Assembly (NCBI GenBank): GCA_963833745.1
Contig: CAWHZD010000003.1
Coordinates: forward strand, 498,407 to 562,406
Reading direction: 5' to 3'
Source: an uncultured Alphaproteobacteria bacterium
GTDB taxonomy: Bacteria; Pseudomonadota; Alphaproteobacteria; ATCC43930; CGMCC-115725
Length of the DNA: 64,000 bases
The position numbers and the translations under genes are program-made. Each line of letters starts with the position of its first letter. Position 1 is the stretch's first letter. The notes beneath the pieces were generated by a model. The model saw nothing but the letters and a program-made list of their open reading frames with translations, did not search any database and was not told where the DNA came from. Positions 60,084 to 64,000 of the stretch are shown piece by piece.

Positions 60084-61111
60084 GTGGACTGGAGAGCCAA
60101 AGTGGATTTGTTCGAGCAGCTTCGTCGCGAGCATGAGTTTGGGATCGGCACGATCGCGGGTGTTGCCGCGAAGTTCGGAGTGCATCGGCGTGTTGTGCGC
60201 CAGGCGATCGGCAGCGCGCTGCCGCCGAAGCACCACTACCCGCCGAGGACCAAGCCGAAGCTTAGTGCGGTGGCGGCCTTCATCGACAAGGTGCTGGACG
60301 AGGATCGCCACGCGCCGCGCAAGCAGCGTCACACTGCGCGGCGGCTCTATCGCCGGATCCTGACCGAGTTCCCGGACGCCACGGTCGCGGAGTCGACGGT
60401 GCGCAACCACGTCCGTGAACGTAAACACCAGCTGGGGCTTCTGCGGCGGGAGACGTTTGTGCCGCAAAGTTACAGTTGGGCTCAAGAAGCACAGGTCGAC
60501 TGGTATGAAGCCTGGGTCGATCTCGGCGACGAGCGGACCAAGGTCCAGGTGTTCGCCATGCGCTCGATGGCCAGCGGGGCGGCCTTCCACCGGGCCTACC
60601 TGCACGCGACGCAGCAGGCCTTCCTCGAAGCGCACGAGCACGCCTTCGCCTACTTCGGCGGCGTCTTCCTCCTGCTGCGCTACGACAACTTGGCCAGCGC
60701 CGTGCGCAAGATCCTGCGCGGTCACCGCCGAGAAGAAACGGTGCGGTTCATGGCATTCCGCTCGCACTGGCGGTTTGCCGCGGAATTCTGCACGCCTGGT
60801 GAAGGGCATGAGAAGGGCGGTGTTGAGGGCGAAGGCGGTTATTTCCGGCGCAACCATCTGGTGCCCGTTCCGTGTGTTGCTGACCTCGACGCCTTCAACG
60901 CGCTGCTGGTGACGGCCTGCCGCGCGGACGAAGCGCGGATCCTGGCTGGACGCGGCGAGACGATCGGCGCTGCGATGGCGGTCGAGCGTGGCCACCTGCT
61001 GGCCTGCGCGGCCGAGGGTCTCGACCTGGCCGAGATCGTGTTCCCGCTGGTGGACAAGCAAGGCTGCGTCACGGTGAAAACCAACTTCTACTCGGTGCCG
61101 ATCCGTGCGGG
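60084..61111 (+). pseudogene. istA: IS21-family istA (outer copy), 5' portion
   Basis: HTH-like N-terminus ([19 protein letters not shown]) and a DDE core ([11 protein letters not shown]..., [33 protein letters not shown]). It ends at ...[10 protein letters not shown], where the inner IS21 begins. Confidence 0.85.
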
Positions 61112-61277
61112 TGTAGCGCGGCAATCAGGATGGGAAGACGGCGACAATCAGGATGAGAATCCCGGCGTCGCGGCGCGGCTATGATCGTCGCGTTGTTATT
61201 GTCGCGCAAGAGGGCGCGCGGCGATTTGAGTGTCGCGGCGCGACACTGAGATGCCAGTCTTGCTTGTCGCTGGGCCG

Positions 61278-63727
<2,450 letters not shown>

Positions 63728-63772
63728 TCATCCTGATTGACGCCCGCCTCTCAACCTGTTTGCCGCGCCGCA

Positions 63773-64000
63773 GTGCGGGCACCCGGGTGGAGGCACGCGT
63801 CCATCCGCTGCATGTCGAGATCTGGCACGCTGGGCGCCTGATTGCCCGTCATGAACGTTGTCACAGCCGCCGCCAGCATGTCCTCGACCTCGAGCATTAC
63901 CTCGACGTGCTGAGCCACAAGCCGGGCGCGTTCGCAGGCTCGAAACCGTTGGCGCAATGGCGCGCGACGGGTCTCTGGCCTGCTTGTTACGACGAGCTCT
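63773..64000 (+). pseudogene. istA: IS21-family istA (outer copy), 3' continuation, runs off the right edge
   Basis: Reads (G)TRVEARVHPLHVEIWHAGRLIARHERCHSRRQHVLDLEHYLDVLSHKPGAFAGSKPLAQWRA, in frame with 60084..61111 once the inner IS and one TSD copy are removed. Confidence 0.85.

Overview
This is a 64-kb window from a high-GC alphaproteobacterial chromosome. It is probably Hyphomicrobiales / Bradyrhizobiaceae-like, inferred from gene content and REP-type palindromes; nothing was searched.

Positions 1 to ~33.7 kb are ordinary core DNA. They carry glnB-glnA and an aminotransferase. A MarR-linked detox cluster follows: DUF899, a serine hydrolase, YciI-like, VOC, GST, a methyltransferase and an LLM oxidoreductase. 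Then come a class II aldolase, nadE, dedA, a flotillin-like SPFH gene next to a B12-binding radical-SAM gene, mlaD and an NDUFA12-like gene. The block ends with the class II ribonucleotide reductase nrdJ, tRNA-Val(CAC), a frameshifted aldo/keto reductase, a formyl-CoA-transferase-like gene and a malic enzyme.

From ~33.74 kb to the right edge the window is a mosaic accessory region.
- It opens with an iteron-like repeat array and gene fragments (aldehyde dehydrogenase, STAND/TPR).
- It holds a truncated IS110, an intact IS256-family element with a 9-bp target duplication, and a decayed IS66.
- A decayed conjugative backbone follows (RepB-like primase, TraG/VirD4, TraA fragment) with an intact parDE pair.
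- There is a low-GC polysaccharide-type islet: a beta-barrel OMP, an SLT, a Wza-like exporter and a GH16-like hydrolase.
- A frameshifted SWIM-SNF2 helicase and an IS1595 element come next.
- A serine-recombinase-led four-gene cassette, a PCMT-like methyltransferase and a FimB-like tyrosine recombinase follow.
- The window ends in nested IS1634 / IS21 / IS21 insertions.

I saw no rRNA, no CRISPR array and no complete known defence system. The most interesting unexplained items are:
- the recombinase-led cassette at 55.7-57.5 kb;
- the 21-bp-phased repeat array at the core/accessory junction;
- the 78-bp duplicated gene 3' end that brackets a 1.7-kb segment;
- two large ORFs cut by single in-frame stop codons (a DUF2235 lipase-like protein and a TraG-like protein with a large periplasmic extension).

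Many genes carry frameshifts or in-frame stops. At least one disruption (a 23-nt insertion in IS66 tnpC) cannot be a homopolymer sequencing error; the others need read-level confirmation.
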